DNA of 64,000 bases, from IMG/VR virus record IMGVR_UViG_3300047576_000059; one strand, 5' to 3'. Within the stretch, counting starts at the first letter, position 1. Every line of letters begins with the position of its first letter. The notes under the pieces were generated by a model. That model ran no database searches. It was not told the DNA's origin and saw nothing but the letters and a program-made list of their open reading frames with translations. Below are positions 53,550 to 62,310 of the stretch, in pieces. Both the position numbers and the translations under genes were made by a program. Source of the DNA: an uncultured virus (IMG/VR IMGVR_UViG_3300047576_000059). Taxonomy: Duplodnaviria > Heunggongvirae > Uroviricota > Caudoviricetes.

Positions 53550-53947
53550 ATGGCTTTTCCCATGTGCCTTGTGACATGTGGTTAGATGGCTCTGGCCACT
53601 CCAGCATTGACCCTGACGCGATCAAACATGCGACTTTTCAATCTGTATCGTAATGGCTATGCCGTCTAACAGATAAACAGGGCCGATGTTATGCGGTCGT
53701 CCAAGTTGACTCAATCGGGGCTACGGAATAACTTGAGACACTTTAAACCTACTCAATGGTGTGGTCAGATCTTCGGATTAGTAAATGCCGTTGGGTAGCG
53801 CTCTGGTCTGGTGCGAAATCTCAGACAGTCTCAAGCGATAGCTCAAGTTGAAAGATTGCTTCCTATCTGTCAGTGATTTCGTTTCGCTGATTCGCCCCCT
53901 CGGTGGGTAGGTAGGAAGACGCATTAAGTCGAAGTACGTCCGATTGA
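53550..53947 (+). ncRNA. Unclassified ~400-nt highly structured RNA
   Basis: No ORF in the track; at least seven helices with G-U pairs favouring the + strand and a cUUCGg tetraloop (53771-53776); details in findings. Confidence 0.65.
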
Positions 53948-53948
53948 C

Positions 53949-55073
53949 TTAAACGAACGAAGTGATGTCCTTGAATCCAACCAGTCCGAGATAATCCTTG
54001 GTGCCAGCGACATAGTCGCCCTTCTCATAAGTCAACAGACCATAGTTGGTAAGGAACGACACCACCGGCTCGAAGGTGCTTGGATCGATGACCACGCCAG
54101 AGGATGTAAGTGGCTGATACAATCCAAGAATAGCCGCCGCGTCCGTCTCATCGCCTTTGTAGCCAATCAGCACGGGTGTGTCAGCCTTGCAATATTGGTC
54201 ACAATAGACGTTGATGCCGTTGAAGGTTCCGGTGAATTTCGTGCCACCGGTCCAGTATGGATCATCTTTCGCCGGGGTGAACCCAACCACTGATCTTAGC
54301 ACCAGCAGCGAGGAGGGACCAACGATGCACCAGTTGCCTGGACCACGCTTGGTTCTCACCGCGATATTCGCCGCCTCTGTCTCGATCATCTGACCGAAGG
54401 CTTTGTACAGGTCATAAACATAATCCGGCTGTCTTATCGTGTGATCGTAAGTGGAGACCGGTGGTTCGGCGAGACCGCGCAGCATGTGCACAAGCTCACA
54501 ATCGTATTCGGCCATGACTTCCTGCGCCAGCGCCGCCATGATCTCGGCCTCGATGTCAACGCCCATTGCCGCCTTCGCGTCCCCAGCGGCTTCGAAGGTC
54601 CATCGCGCGGACAGTTTGCGCACCTTCGCCGTCATCGGTTCTTCTTCGGTCAGAAATTGTGCCCAACCCGCAGGCGTCATCTTGCCGCGCATGATCTGCG
54701 CTTTGCTTTCCATCGTGTTCATCGGCTGCACGCCGATGATGTCGTTGGCGAGCAGGTTTGGGATCACCCGACGCATGACCGGCAGCAGCACCTTATCGAG
54801 GGCGGCGAAATTGCCAGCCGCAGAATATTTCGCGTTCTCCAACGTCATCTGATGGAAATTTTCCAGCATGGTGTCCATCAGGTTCAGCTTGGTTGGATTC
54901 TCCGAGCCATCCTTGTTGTGGGTAAGATCGGAACCTTCCAGCAACGCCTGCTTGGTTCTCGCCCACATGTCTTGTTTGTGCAGGGACGGGATCGGTTTCT
55001 CGGTGTCGGGCTTGGGCTTCTCTGTGCGTAATGTTGTCATTGTGCCAACGATGGATTTTAAAATCGGATGCAT
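53949..55073 (-). CDS. T4 gp23/gp24-family capsid protein paralog (shortened)
   Basis: LPVMRRVIPNLLANDIIGVQPM, RKLSARWTFEAA.DA, DIEAEIMAALAQE, RGPGNW, IGYKG, IDPSTFEPVVSF.T.YG. Confidence 0.88.
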   Translation of the reverse strand: MHPILKSIVGTMTTLRTEKPKPDTEKPIPSLHKQDMWARTKQALLEGSDLTHNKDGSENPTKLNLMDTMLENFHQMTLENAKYSAAGNFAALDKVLLPVMRRVIPNLLANDIIGVQPMNTMESKAQIMRGKMTPAGWAQFLTEEEPMTAKVRKLSARWTFEAAGDAKAAMGVDIEAEIMAALAQEVMAEYDCELVHMLRGLAEPPVSTYDHTIRQPDYVYDLYKAFGQMIETEAANIAVRTKRGPGNWCIVGPSSLLVLRSVVGFTPAKDDPYWTGGTKFTGTFNGINVYCDQYCKADTPVLIGYKGDETDAAAILGLYQPLTSSGVVIDPSTFEPVVSFLTNYGLLTYEKGDYVAGTKDYLGLVGFKDITSFV

Positions 55074-55328
55074 GAAATATCTTTCTGATTAAGTATGTAT
55101 AATTTATGCATAGTAGTCTGAGTTCGCATTGGATGGTATCTTTTTTGATACCATGTATCAAAATCATCCACGTTGCGAGATCGCGAAATCGTGGTATGGT
55201 TATTGCCATGGATACATCATCGTGGCTCGCACAATTATGTGGCTGACCCTCGTGGTGGGGATTGCCTCGCTGTCCGAGATCGGGCGAAGAAGGGCTATGG
55301 ATGAGGTTCGATCCAAGGAAAAATCCCC

Positions 55329-55538
55329 GTGCGTGATGACCGTGTATGGTGTCCTCCAGGCGTGGATGACCCGACCGAACGTGGTGAGATATTGCGCGAA
55401 TGGGAATTGGAGATTCCGCGAAAAACACTGTGGACAAGGTTCAAGGAGAATTTCATCGAAGGGCTGGCCAGAAGTCTTGGTTGGGGCATCGGCATCGTGA
55501 TTATCGTGCTGTTCTATCGCTGTTTCTTGGCCCAGTGA
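55329..55538 (+). CDS. Small membrane protein
   Basis: 69 aa with a C-terminal hydrophobic helix; GTGA overlap with the next ORF. Confidence 0.45.
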   Translation: MRDDRVWCPPGVDDPTERGEILREWELEIPRKTLWTRFKENFIEGLARSLGWGIGIVIIVLFYRCFLAQ

Positions 55539-55831
55539 CTCCCGCAGCCCGCGCCTCATTCAAGGTCACGGAATTAGGGGTTGACAACGACTCTGATGAG
55601 GTGAGCCTCTTCTTCACCGACGTTAAGTATGGCGATGGAAAGGTCTTGCGGGCGAAGGTTCCAAAGCGTCAATTTCAGGAAATGCTGTCGCAGATGGCTC
55701 CCGACCGACCGGCGACCATCATGTTTCATCCCGATGCCAATTCTACCCTCGGTGACATGGAATTGATGATCAGCGCCGAGGATGTCAAAACGATGAAAGA
55801 GACCCTGTCGCCACTGCTGCGCGATTCTTAG
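55535..55831 (+). CDS. Hypothetical protein
   Basis: GTG start coupled to the upstream stop; MTPAARASFKV... Confidence 0.55.
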   Translation: MTPAARASFKVTELGVDNDSDEVSLFFTDVKYGDGKVLRAKVPKRQFQEMLSQMAPDRPATIMFHPDANSTLGDMELMISAEDVKTMKETLSPLLRDS

Positions 55832-55841
55832 GAGAACGGCC

Positions 55842-56030
55842 CTGACTGATTTCAACGTGATCGACGGGATGCGCCACGCCGTCAGATGTCCCTATCTGCG
55901 GACGCCGCGCGAACCGTGCGACTGCCATCCGCTGGACGAATCCAGGGCGATGCGAGGCGCGGATGTGCTGCGCATTTTCAAGCCGCTTCCCCAGGATGAG
56001 GCCGACGCGCTGCGCGAGTACCTTCCGTAA
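55842..56030 (+). CDS. 62-aa CTG-initiated protein with an HxxxC...CxC motif
   Basis: AGGAG 7 nt before CTG; MTDFNVIDGMRHAVRCPYLRTPREPCDCHP...; fills the gap exactly. Confidence 0.5.
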   Translation: MTDFNVIDGMRHAVRCPYLRTPREPCDCHPLDESRAMRGADVLRIFKPLPQDEADALREYLP

Positions 56031-56031
56031 C

Positions 56032-59000
56032 TTACGGCAGCCTCGCGCCGCCTTTTCTGGTCACCTGATTGCGAACGCCTGGCGTGCCCACGGACAGATA
56101 GCCATCGTTCTTCTTATTTCTGAGGGTCTGGATATGACGGAACATCGCCAGGGTGATCTTGAGCGCGTCGCCCTTTCGGCGCATGGCCTCGGCCTTGGCC
56201 AATCGTTCGGCGACCGGATTGGCCTTATACTTGAACCAATAACTGTTTTCCGAGTTGAACCAGCGCGCGAAAATCTTACTGAAGTGATAATCGACCTGAC
56301 CTTTGTCTCTTCCATTTTGGTTGATCTTGCCATAGGTATCGTAGGTCACTTTCACGACATGCGGCGTAGGCATGCGGAAATGATCCAGGCTATCTGGCTT
56401 ATGATCGGCCACCCAATCCTTCATCTCGTCATCCATGCTGTCATCGATGAGAGTACTAACGTCCTTGCTACCGCTTGATAACAGGACCTGCATTACTTCG
56501 TTGCTGATCTTGTGGCCATCGCGTCTGATTTCCCCCACCATCTCCAACAGCTTATCGTATTTGTGCTCAGCGAGTTCGACCAGCCATTCATCGATCTTGT
56601 AGCTTCCGATTGTCTTGAAAAATCCCTTCGGCAACATCTGACCATTAGAACTTTCCCAGCTATGCCGATGGCCAATGACACCGTTGAGGAAGATGAGCGC
56701 CATTTTCTCTGCGGAGAAATTGTCGAAGTATGTCTTGATCACCTCTGGCTTATCGTGACCAATCGTGACCAACGTTTTGATGCCAAAATCATTCAGGTGT
56801 TGGCCGAGCAAGGCTGCTCTCTGATCATCTTCGGTGTCGGTGACCAGTTCATCCAACTGACCGTTGCGGATGATTTTATTGAAGATGGCCTCTTTGCCAG
56901 CGGCTTGCGCGGCGGCTTCGTATTTCTTGTACTGGTCCGACTCAGGATCAGTTCGTGACTGGAATACCGGATTATTCCATTTGCTTCTCTTGTCCACCAG
57001 ACCATAGCCTCTGATGTCACGGTTCATCAGGGCCTGAATGAGCCTCAGATCATCGTCGCTGAACAGCCGCTCGATGATCGGCTGTGGAATATTTGGCACC
57101 TCGACCAGCAGATCGGGAAATTCCTCGTACACGAAACTCAACAGTTCAACCGAGGGATTCTTGGTTTTCTTGAGCACGTAGCGGGTGGCCTCCTCGTTGT
57201 TGGCCTCCTTGAGCATGTTCATCAGCGTGTCTTTACCGGGCTTGAACCGTTTGAACGCCTTGACGGTGAAATCATTCTTGTAGCCTGATGGGACCCGCTT
57301 GCTCGCCCAGACATTGCGCAGCGCCTCGAACACTTTCTCCTTGTCCAGCTTGCCCTTGAGGTCGCCCCAGAGATAAGTTTCCCTATGATGATACTTGGTC
57401 GGTATGGCGGATGCCGCCATGACATCGGGAACAAGCTCTGGCGCGTTGTTGACGAGCAAACTGAAATAATCACCGCGATAAGTATTGCGGATGAGACCGA
57501 CGATGTCATTGACCCGCAGCTTGTGAAGGTTCCTGACGAATTCCTCGCTGCCGCGTGGCCCTTGATCATTGTTCCTGTACGGATTGTAATCACTCCTGTC
57601 AGTCGAACGCGCCCGCATGGCATCTTTATCGATATGACTGACCGCGACTTCGAACGCGCGACTCTTGCCGAGTTTGGTGAAGGCTTGTTGCGCGGCCACG
57701 AATTTCGGGCTCGTCGGATCAAGGTGCGCGACATCGGATGTATTGGGTTCGCGGATCACGGCTTCGACGTTCTTGAGAAAACGTTCAATCGCTTCACGCG
57801 CGTGTGCATGCTTGGCTTCGATCTGTTCCTTATCGGTCAGCTTCCTGTTGTAGTGGATTTGCTTTTTTGGCACATGAGTGGCAGTTGAGTTCTTCTTGTC
57901 CGTCACCATGCGGTAGTCTTTTTTGATCGTCGGAATGGCTTCTGGTCTCAGCGTTTCCATCACCAATGGAAAAATCTCTGGAGCGATGACCTGTACGGGT
58001 TTTAGACGGTCGCCGAAGTGTCGATTACCATCGCGGCCTGTGTTATCCTTGTCAAACAAATATTTCTGAAACTCGAAGCTTGGATTCGGTTCTTCCGCCA
58101 GGTAGAGATTGGTGAATTCATCATTATTGACCGATTCAAGCGCTCGTTCCGTGGTTGGTTGCGACAACGACGCCGGTACTTCTTTTCTGATCGCGAGGAT
58201 GAGAAACATCTTCAGCGTGACATTGCTGATCGTGTCGAGCAACTCATCCACGGTGCCCGCGTCCGGTTTGGCGTAGCCGATGATGAAATCGGTGATCTTC
58301 TTGGTCTTCTCCTTGTCGGCGTAGTAGCTGCGCCCCAGACCCTCGCAGGCGCTGATCAGGTCTTCGCCGGACATCTTGTAGCCCAGCTTGATCAGGTGCC
58401 GCATGGCTTCTTCCGGCAACCAATAGAACGCTTCGCGGATCATTTGTTGGTTGAGATCACCGAAGTCGCCATTCTGCCCGACGAACAGGAAGAACGGACC
58501 CGCCGCGCGTTGGTTTTCCGAATTGAGTTCGCGCTCGATGGCTTCCTCGCCGCCTTGCAACAGCATGTCGCTATAGATGTTCGGCATGGCCTGAGACAGC
58601 GCCGTGACGAACGCCGCGTCCTTGGGTTGCTGATGACGACCGGAGCCACTATTTGTTTCGAGGTGCTGGATGATGGCGGCGCAGACCGAGGCATCCGGTT
58701 TGGTAATGATCAACAACGGTTTATAGAGATTGGCGGCTGTTTCTGGCATGGCCTGGAACGCCTTCACCAATTGCGCGCTGGTGAATTTGTTGCCATAGTG
58801 TTCAACAACCGGGACCGCGTGTTCTGGCATGTTGGCGAACACATATTCGATCACCTTGTCGGACAATCGGGAAGTGCCGTAGAGCGAGGTGAACAATCCA
58901 AGCGACATATCCGCCTGGGCTTCTTCCTCATGCCAGGAGCGTCTTTGTCCGGTCCCTTCATAATTCTGAAGGAGCTTCTCGCCTTCCGCGTTGTCCGGAT

Positions 59001-59793
59001 CGAGGATCATGTCCTTGAACTGATCCTGCGTCATGGTGACGGACTCGTCACCATTCCAGATACGCAGCAACCCGACATTGCGATGATCGCCTTCGACCGT
59101 CACGCCGTAGTCCGCGAAGAACTCCCTCAGCATCGGCCAGTAGCGGCGCACGGGAGCGCGGTTGCCCTTCCCCTTGATCTGCGCCGTCTTTTTGTCCGAA
59201 TTCATCTGGATGGTCGCGTGAGGCTCGTTGTTGGCGTCACGCAGGCTGAAGATATGGCCTTGACCGTTGCCCACGAAACTCGCGTAGGAGCCGCCGCCCA
59301 CGCAGTGACCCATCCCCGCGCCTTCCTTGGCGAGGGCGTTCTGTCCCAACAGATCGACCATCCGGTAGCCACCTGGAAATTCCATGAGCGTTTTGACCTG
59401 TTTGGGATCGTCCGGCAGCTTCTTCGCCTGGGCGTTCATTTGCTTGACCCAGAGGTCAGCCGCCTGCACGACGTTCTGGACGCTCATGCGCTCAAGCCGG
59501 GGTATCTCCGGCTTGCTGTCGAAGAAGTCCATGATGTGTTCTAATTCGCCCTCGGTTCTGGGATTGAGGCGAATGTCGTATAAATCCTGGAACGAAAAGG
59601 CTTTCTTCTGCTTCTCGGTCGCGTTGACCGGCAGATAGGGCAGCTTGTGGAGATTTTCCTGTGATTTGGTCAGCCAGTTGGCGTAGTTCGTGCGCAGCCA
59701 TTGCTTCGCCGCGTCATTCGGCGCGCGAGCGATCCACGGGGCTAATACGACATCGACGGGCGAATGGAGCACGACTTCTAACAGACTAACCAT
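56032..59793 (-). CDS. Large protein with an N-terminal PcfJ-like domain and helical repeats; leader MVSLLE
   Basis: ALAKEGAGMGHCVGG.SY...IFSLRD..NEPHATI...QIKGKGN PcfJ-like motif; TAAATA at 59819-59824 (minus) favours the ATG at 59793. Confidence 0.78.
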   Translation of the reverse strand: MVSLLEVVLHSPVDVVLAPWIARAPNDAAKQWLRTNYANWLTKSQENLHKLPYLPVNATEKQKKAFSFQDLYDIRLNPRTEGELEHIMDFFDSKPEIPRLERMSVQNVVQAADLWVKQMNAQAKKLPDDPKQVKTLMEFPGGYRMVDLLGQNALAKEGAGMGHCVGGGSYASFVGNGQGHIFSLRDANNEPHATIQMNSDKKTAQIKGKGNRAPVRRYWPMLREFFADYGVTVEGDHRNVGLLRIWNGDESVTMTQDQFKDMILDPDNAEGEKLLQNYEGTGQRRSWHEEEAQADMSLGLFTSLYGTSRLSDKVIEYVFANMPEHAVPVVEHYGNKFTSAQLVKAFQAMPETAANLYKPLLIITKPDASVCAAIIQHLETNSGSGRHQQPKDAAFVTALSQAMPNIYSDMLLQGGEEAIERELNSENQRAAGPFFLFVGQNGDFGDLNQQMIREAFYWLPEEAMRHLIKLGYKMSGEDLISACEGLGRSYYADKEKTKKITDFIIGYAKPDAGTVDELLDTISNVTLKMFLILAIRKEVPASLSQPTTERALESVNNDEFTNLYLAEEPNPSFEFQKYLFDKDNTGRDGNRHFGDRLKPVQVIAPEIFPLVMETLRPEAIPTIKKDYRMVTDKKNSTATHVPKKQIHYNRKLTDKEQIEAKHAHAREAIERFLKNVEAVIREPNTSDVAHLDPTSPKFVAAQQAFTKLGKSRAFEVAVSHIDKDAMRARSTDRSDYNPYRNNDQGPRGSEEFVRNLHKLRVNDIVGLIRNTYRGDYFSLLVNNAPELVPDVMAASAIPTKYHHRETYLWGDLKGKLDKEKVFEALRNVWASKRVPSGYKNDFTVKAFKRFKPGKDTLMNMLKEANNEEATRYVLKKTKNPSVELLSFVYEEFPDLLVEVPNIPQPIIERLFSDDDLRLIQALMNRDIRGYGLVDKRSKWNNPVFQSRTDPESDQYKKYEAAAQAAGKEAIFNKIIRNGQLDELVTDTEDDQRAALLGQHLNDFGIKTLVTIGHDKPEVIKTYFDNFSAEKMALIFLNGVIGHRHSWESSNGQMLPKGFFKTIGSYKIDEWLVELAEHKYDKLLEMVGEIRRDGHKISNEVMQVLLSSGSKDVSTLIDDSMDDEMKDWVADHKPDSLDHFRMPTPHVVKVTYDTYGKINQNGRDKGQVDYHFSKIFARWFNSENSYWFKYKANPVAERLAKAEAMRRKGDALKITLAMFRHIQTLRNKKNDGYLSVGTPGVRNQVTRKGGARLP

Positions 59794-59831
59794 ATGGGAA
59801 TCCAAGAGTGTTTTCCCATATTTATGGAAAG

Positions 59832-60278
59832 TCAATCAGGATCGGTGCTTTCCAATCGCTCCGGTTTCGGAAACGCCGTCTCCATCCATTCGTCGCGAAA
59901 CTTGATGGCTTCCTCACGCGTGGCGAACGGCGTCACGCCATCGGGGAGGAACCGGTGGTCACTCGGATCATGCTCGAAATTGTAGGAGATTTTGATTTTG
60001 TCGGGATAACGTTTGTCCATCCAGATGGAGATGGTCTCAACGATCACTTTGACCGGTTCGCGTCCATAGGTCATCCACCAGACCCAGACCTCGGAGCCAA
60101 CCGGAAACGGAACGTGGATGCGCATCGGAGCCGGAGTTTCGTCCAGAATTTCGGCCAACTGTTCATGATGAACCGAAAACTCGGCATCATCCCCGATGTC
60201 GGTGCTGACCCGCCAATAATCGCCGTCCTGTCTCAGGAGACGCACTGGCATTAGCGCCGTGTCATTGGGTTTGAACAT
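59832..60278 (-). CDS. Hypothetical protein
   Basis: 148 aa in a minus-strand operon; F.TREEA motif. Confidence 0.6.
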   Translation of the reverse strand: MFKPNDTALMPVRLLRQDGDYWRVSTDIGDDAEFSVHHEQLAEILDETPAPMRIHVPFPVGSEVWVWWMTYGREPVKVIVETISIWMDKRYPDKIKISYNFEHDPSDHRFLPDGVTPFATREEAIKFRDEWMETAFPKPERLESTDPD

Positions 60279-60714
60279 TTTTCGCCTCTTCTACTCGTTT
60301 CGCGTCGCGTCGTTCTCGCTTCCGTTGCCTGCTGATCTCCATCCGGTTTTTCTTGCTGATCATGATACCGACGATGATGGCGGCGGCTTTCTTGTCCATG
60401 TTGCGCCGTTCACCTTCAATGATCGCCATCATCAGCAGACCGGTGCAATGCCCAAAGTAGCCTCGCAGTCTATTGCAGTCAACGCAGCACGGCCTCTTGT
60501 TGAAGCGGTCCATGTCCAGACGAGGCGAGAATCTGCCAATGGATTTCGGCAGGATGTGATCGATGGTGCGTGCCCGTCGATCTCCCGAATCATGAGAGCC
60601 TTGCATGAACGTGCCGCAGTAGTAGCAGAAATCAAGCTCCGCCCGCGAGACGGGGACACGCTCCAGATATTGACTTTTCATCGCCCAATCTGCGCTGCCG
60701 CCTCCGCGCCCCAC
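60262..60714 (-). CDS. HNH endonuclease
   Basis: CYYCG...RTIDHILPKS...CCVDCNRLRG. Confidence 0.8.
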   Translation of the reverse strand: MGRGGGSADWAMKSQYLERVPVSRAELDFCYYCGTFMQGSHDSGDRRARTIDHILPKSIGRFSPRLDMDRFNKRPCCVDCNRLRGYFGHCTGLLMMAIIEGERRNMDKKAAAIIVGIMISKKNRMEISRQRKRERRDAKRVEEAKNVQTQ

Positions 60715-60718
60715 GTTA

Positions 60719-61108
60719 TCAGTCGACGTTGTAGAAGCGCAGGATGGCGCGCACCTTGTCCTCGATTTCGCCGACCAGCGGACCCACCAGCCTCAGACAC
60801 AGGCTGTGCTGACCGTCCAACAAGGCGCGGATCGCCACCGTCGCCGAAATCGCGTCGGGATTGCGTAGAGAATTCAAGACGGTCTCGTCATGGTCTTCGG
60901 TTGGTTCATACTCGATACGGTACCAATCACCGTCGCGAGTACGATGGTCGCTGACCACGACCTTGCATCCCGCCTCCTTGTAGGCTGGTGACATGTGTCG
61001 TTCGCCGTGACGTTGCGCTTCATCGCGCGTCATCCGGTGATTCATCCATTCGTGGCCGATCTTGACGAGCAGACGTTCAGTCATTGATCCGACCACCGGT
61101 TTTGACAT
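60719..61108 (-). CDS. Hypothetical early protein
   Basis: 129-aa ORF. Confidence 0.55.
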   Translation of the reverse strand: MSKPVVGSMTERLLVKIGHEWMNHRMTRDEAQRHGERHMSPAYKEAGCKVVVSDHRTRDGDWYRIEYEPTEDHDETVLNSLRNPDAISATVAIRALLDGQHSLCLRLVGPLVGEIEDKVRAILRFYNVD

Positions 61109-61512
61109 ACTCTAGGAAACTGGTCTCGCCCGTCCACGATTTCCTCGCCGAGTCCTTCGCCTTGATCAACGTCGAACAGTTTTCGCACCTCGGCGTACCG
61201 TGGATTGTCCGAGAAGATGGCTGGTTCAGCCTCGAATTGCATGGTGCCCTGCATCACCGAGATGTGTCCGTACATGGTCAACTCGATGAAATAGAGGCGT
61301 CCATCATCGCCATCGACGATGCGCACCTGGTTCGCGTAGGTGAGCACCTTGGGGGTGGTGTGCCTGCCGGATTTCGGATCAATGGTGACCCGCGTGCCGC
61401 GCTGCTTGCCACGGGCGTTGGTCTCCACCCGAAACGTCGCCGTCGCCCGCTGCGACCCAAACGGCCAGTTGGGGATCACGGCTTCCATGCGAGGATTGCT
61501 ATAGACCGTCAT
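61081..61512 (-). CDS. Hypothetical early protein
   Basis: GGAGG SD; MTVYSNPRMEAVIPNWPFG. Confidence 0.65.
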   Translation of the reverse strand: MTVYSNPRMEAVIPNWPFGSQRATATFRVETNARGKQRGTRVTIDPKSGRHTTPKVLTYANQVRIVDGDDGRLYFIELTMYGHISVMQGTMQFEAEPAIFSDNPRYAEVRKLFDVDQGEGLGEEIVDGRDQFPRVCQNRWSDQ

Positions 61513-61513
61513 G

Positions 61514-61864
61514 TTATTCCTCCACCCTGCGGGAAACGTACCGATGCGATGGAGCCTGTGCCTGCCACTTTTGCGCGGCGGCAATCGCCCCTTCCAGGGT
61601 TCCGTCAACTTCCCGGTTCCTGGAGCTAAAGATCAGCCCGAAATTCTGCAAGCCGCTGGCGTAACGAACGCTGTAGCCATAGCTGCTCTCGACGATCTCG
61701 GCCTCGATATAACCCAGACCCGACATCCTGATCTGAAAAGCGACAAGGGTTTGGCTGTCGAAGCACCCCGGCATCTTCAGGGACGGCAGGACTTGTTCCG
61801 CCTTCAGCGTGGCGATCTTGTCCGCAACGTCCTGGCCAGCAACGAAGATACGCTTGGAAGCCAT
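61514..61864 (-). CDS. Hypothetical early protein
   Basis: 116 aa with GGAG SD, downstream of promoter copy 1. Confidence 0.65.
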   Translation of the reverse strand: MASKRIFVAGQDVADKIATLKAEQVLPSLKMPGCFDSQTLVAFQIRMSGLGYIEAEIVESSYGYSVRYASGLQNFGLIFSSRNREVDGTLEGAIAAAQKWQAQAPSHRYVSRRVEE

Positions 61865-61895
61865 TGGAATACTCCGTGGTTCGATTTGGTCACGA

Positions 61896-61923
61896 TACCA
61901 CGGATTTGAGTTCTGTCAAGAAA
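61896..61923 (-). promoter_or_regulatory. Sigma70-like early promoter, copy 1 of a 28-bp direct repeat
   Basis: Minus strand TTTCTTGACAGAACTCAAATCCGTGGTA (TTGACA-N16-TATCGT with a TG extension). Confidence 0.7.
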
Positions 61924-61924
61924 G

Positions 61925-62248
61925 TCAGAGGTCGATTCCACCTTTTTTCAAATCATGCCCCCTCGCGCTAAATTCAGCACGGACGATGGAACGAACCAAT
62001 TCCTCGACAAGCAGTTTGTCCAAGATAGTATCCAGCACGGTAATGACGTTCTCATGATCATTCATTCTGGCGATCATCTTGCCCAATCGAGATTCCATGG
62101 CGTAATGATAGCCGCATCCCATGTAGCTTTTGCCTCTCAGTGCGAACACCCGAGTCGCAAGGCGTGGCACATGTTTGTTGATCCGACGCCGCCAATCGTA
62201 ATGTTTTTTGGCTTTCTCTGGATCAATGGTCTCCGACATGTAACCCAT
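61925..62248 (-). CDS. Hypothetical early protein
   Basis: 107 aa between the two promoter copies. Confidence 0.55.
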   Translation of the reverse strand: MGYMSETIDPEKAKKHYDWRRRINKHVPRLATRVFALRGKSYMGCGYHYAMESRLGKMIARMNDHENVITVLDTILDKLLVEELVRSIVRAEFSARGHDLKKGGIDL

Positions 62249-62280
62249 CTGAGTAATGCGCTCCGTTGGTGTTTCGAAGT

Positions 62281-62308
62281 TACCACGGATTTGAGTTCTG
62301 TCAAGAAA
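62281..62308 (-). promoter_or_regulatory. Sigma70-like early promoter, copy 2
   Basis: Identical 28 bp to 61896-61923. Confidence 0.7.
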
Positions 62309-62310
62309 TC

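Noticed and set aside
53550..53947. tmRNA (including two-piece), RNase P RNA or group I intron identity for the structured region
   Set aside because: CTCCAGCA and GGGGCT are present but there is no T-arm or tag reading frame; there is no GAGGAAAGUC/CGGCUUA P4 pair in the right order; there is no interrupted host gene. Only a covariance-model search can formally exclude these.
58018..59544. 508-aa + strand ORF
   Set aside because: Antisense shadow of the PcfJ-like gene, with no recognisable motifs
60262..60714. HNH gene as part of a mobile intron or OMEGA/IscB system linked to the ncRNA
   Set aside because: It is a short free-standing HNH about 6 kb from the RNA, with no RuvC motifs or flanking intron structure
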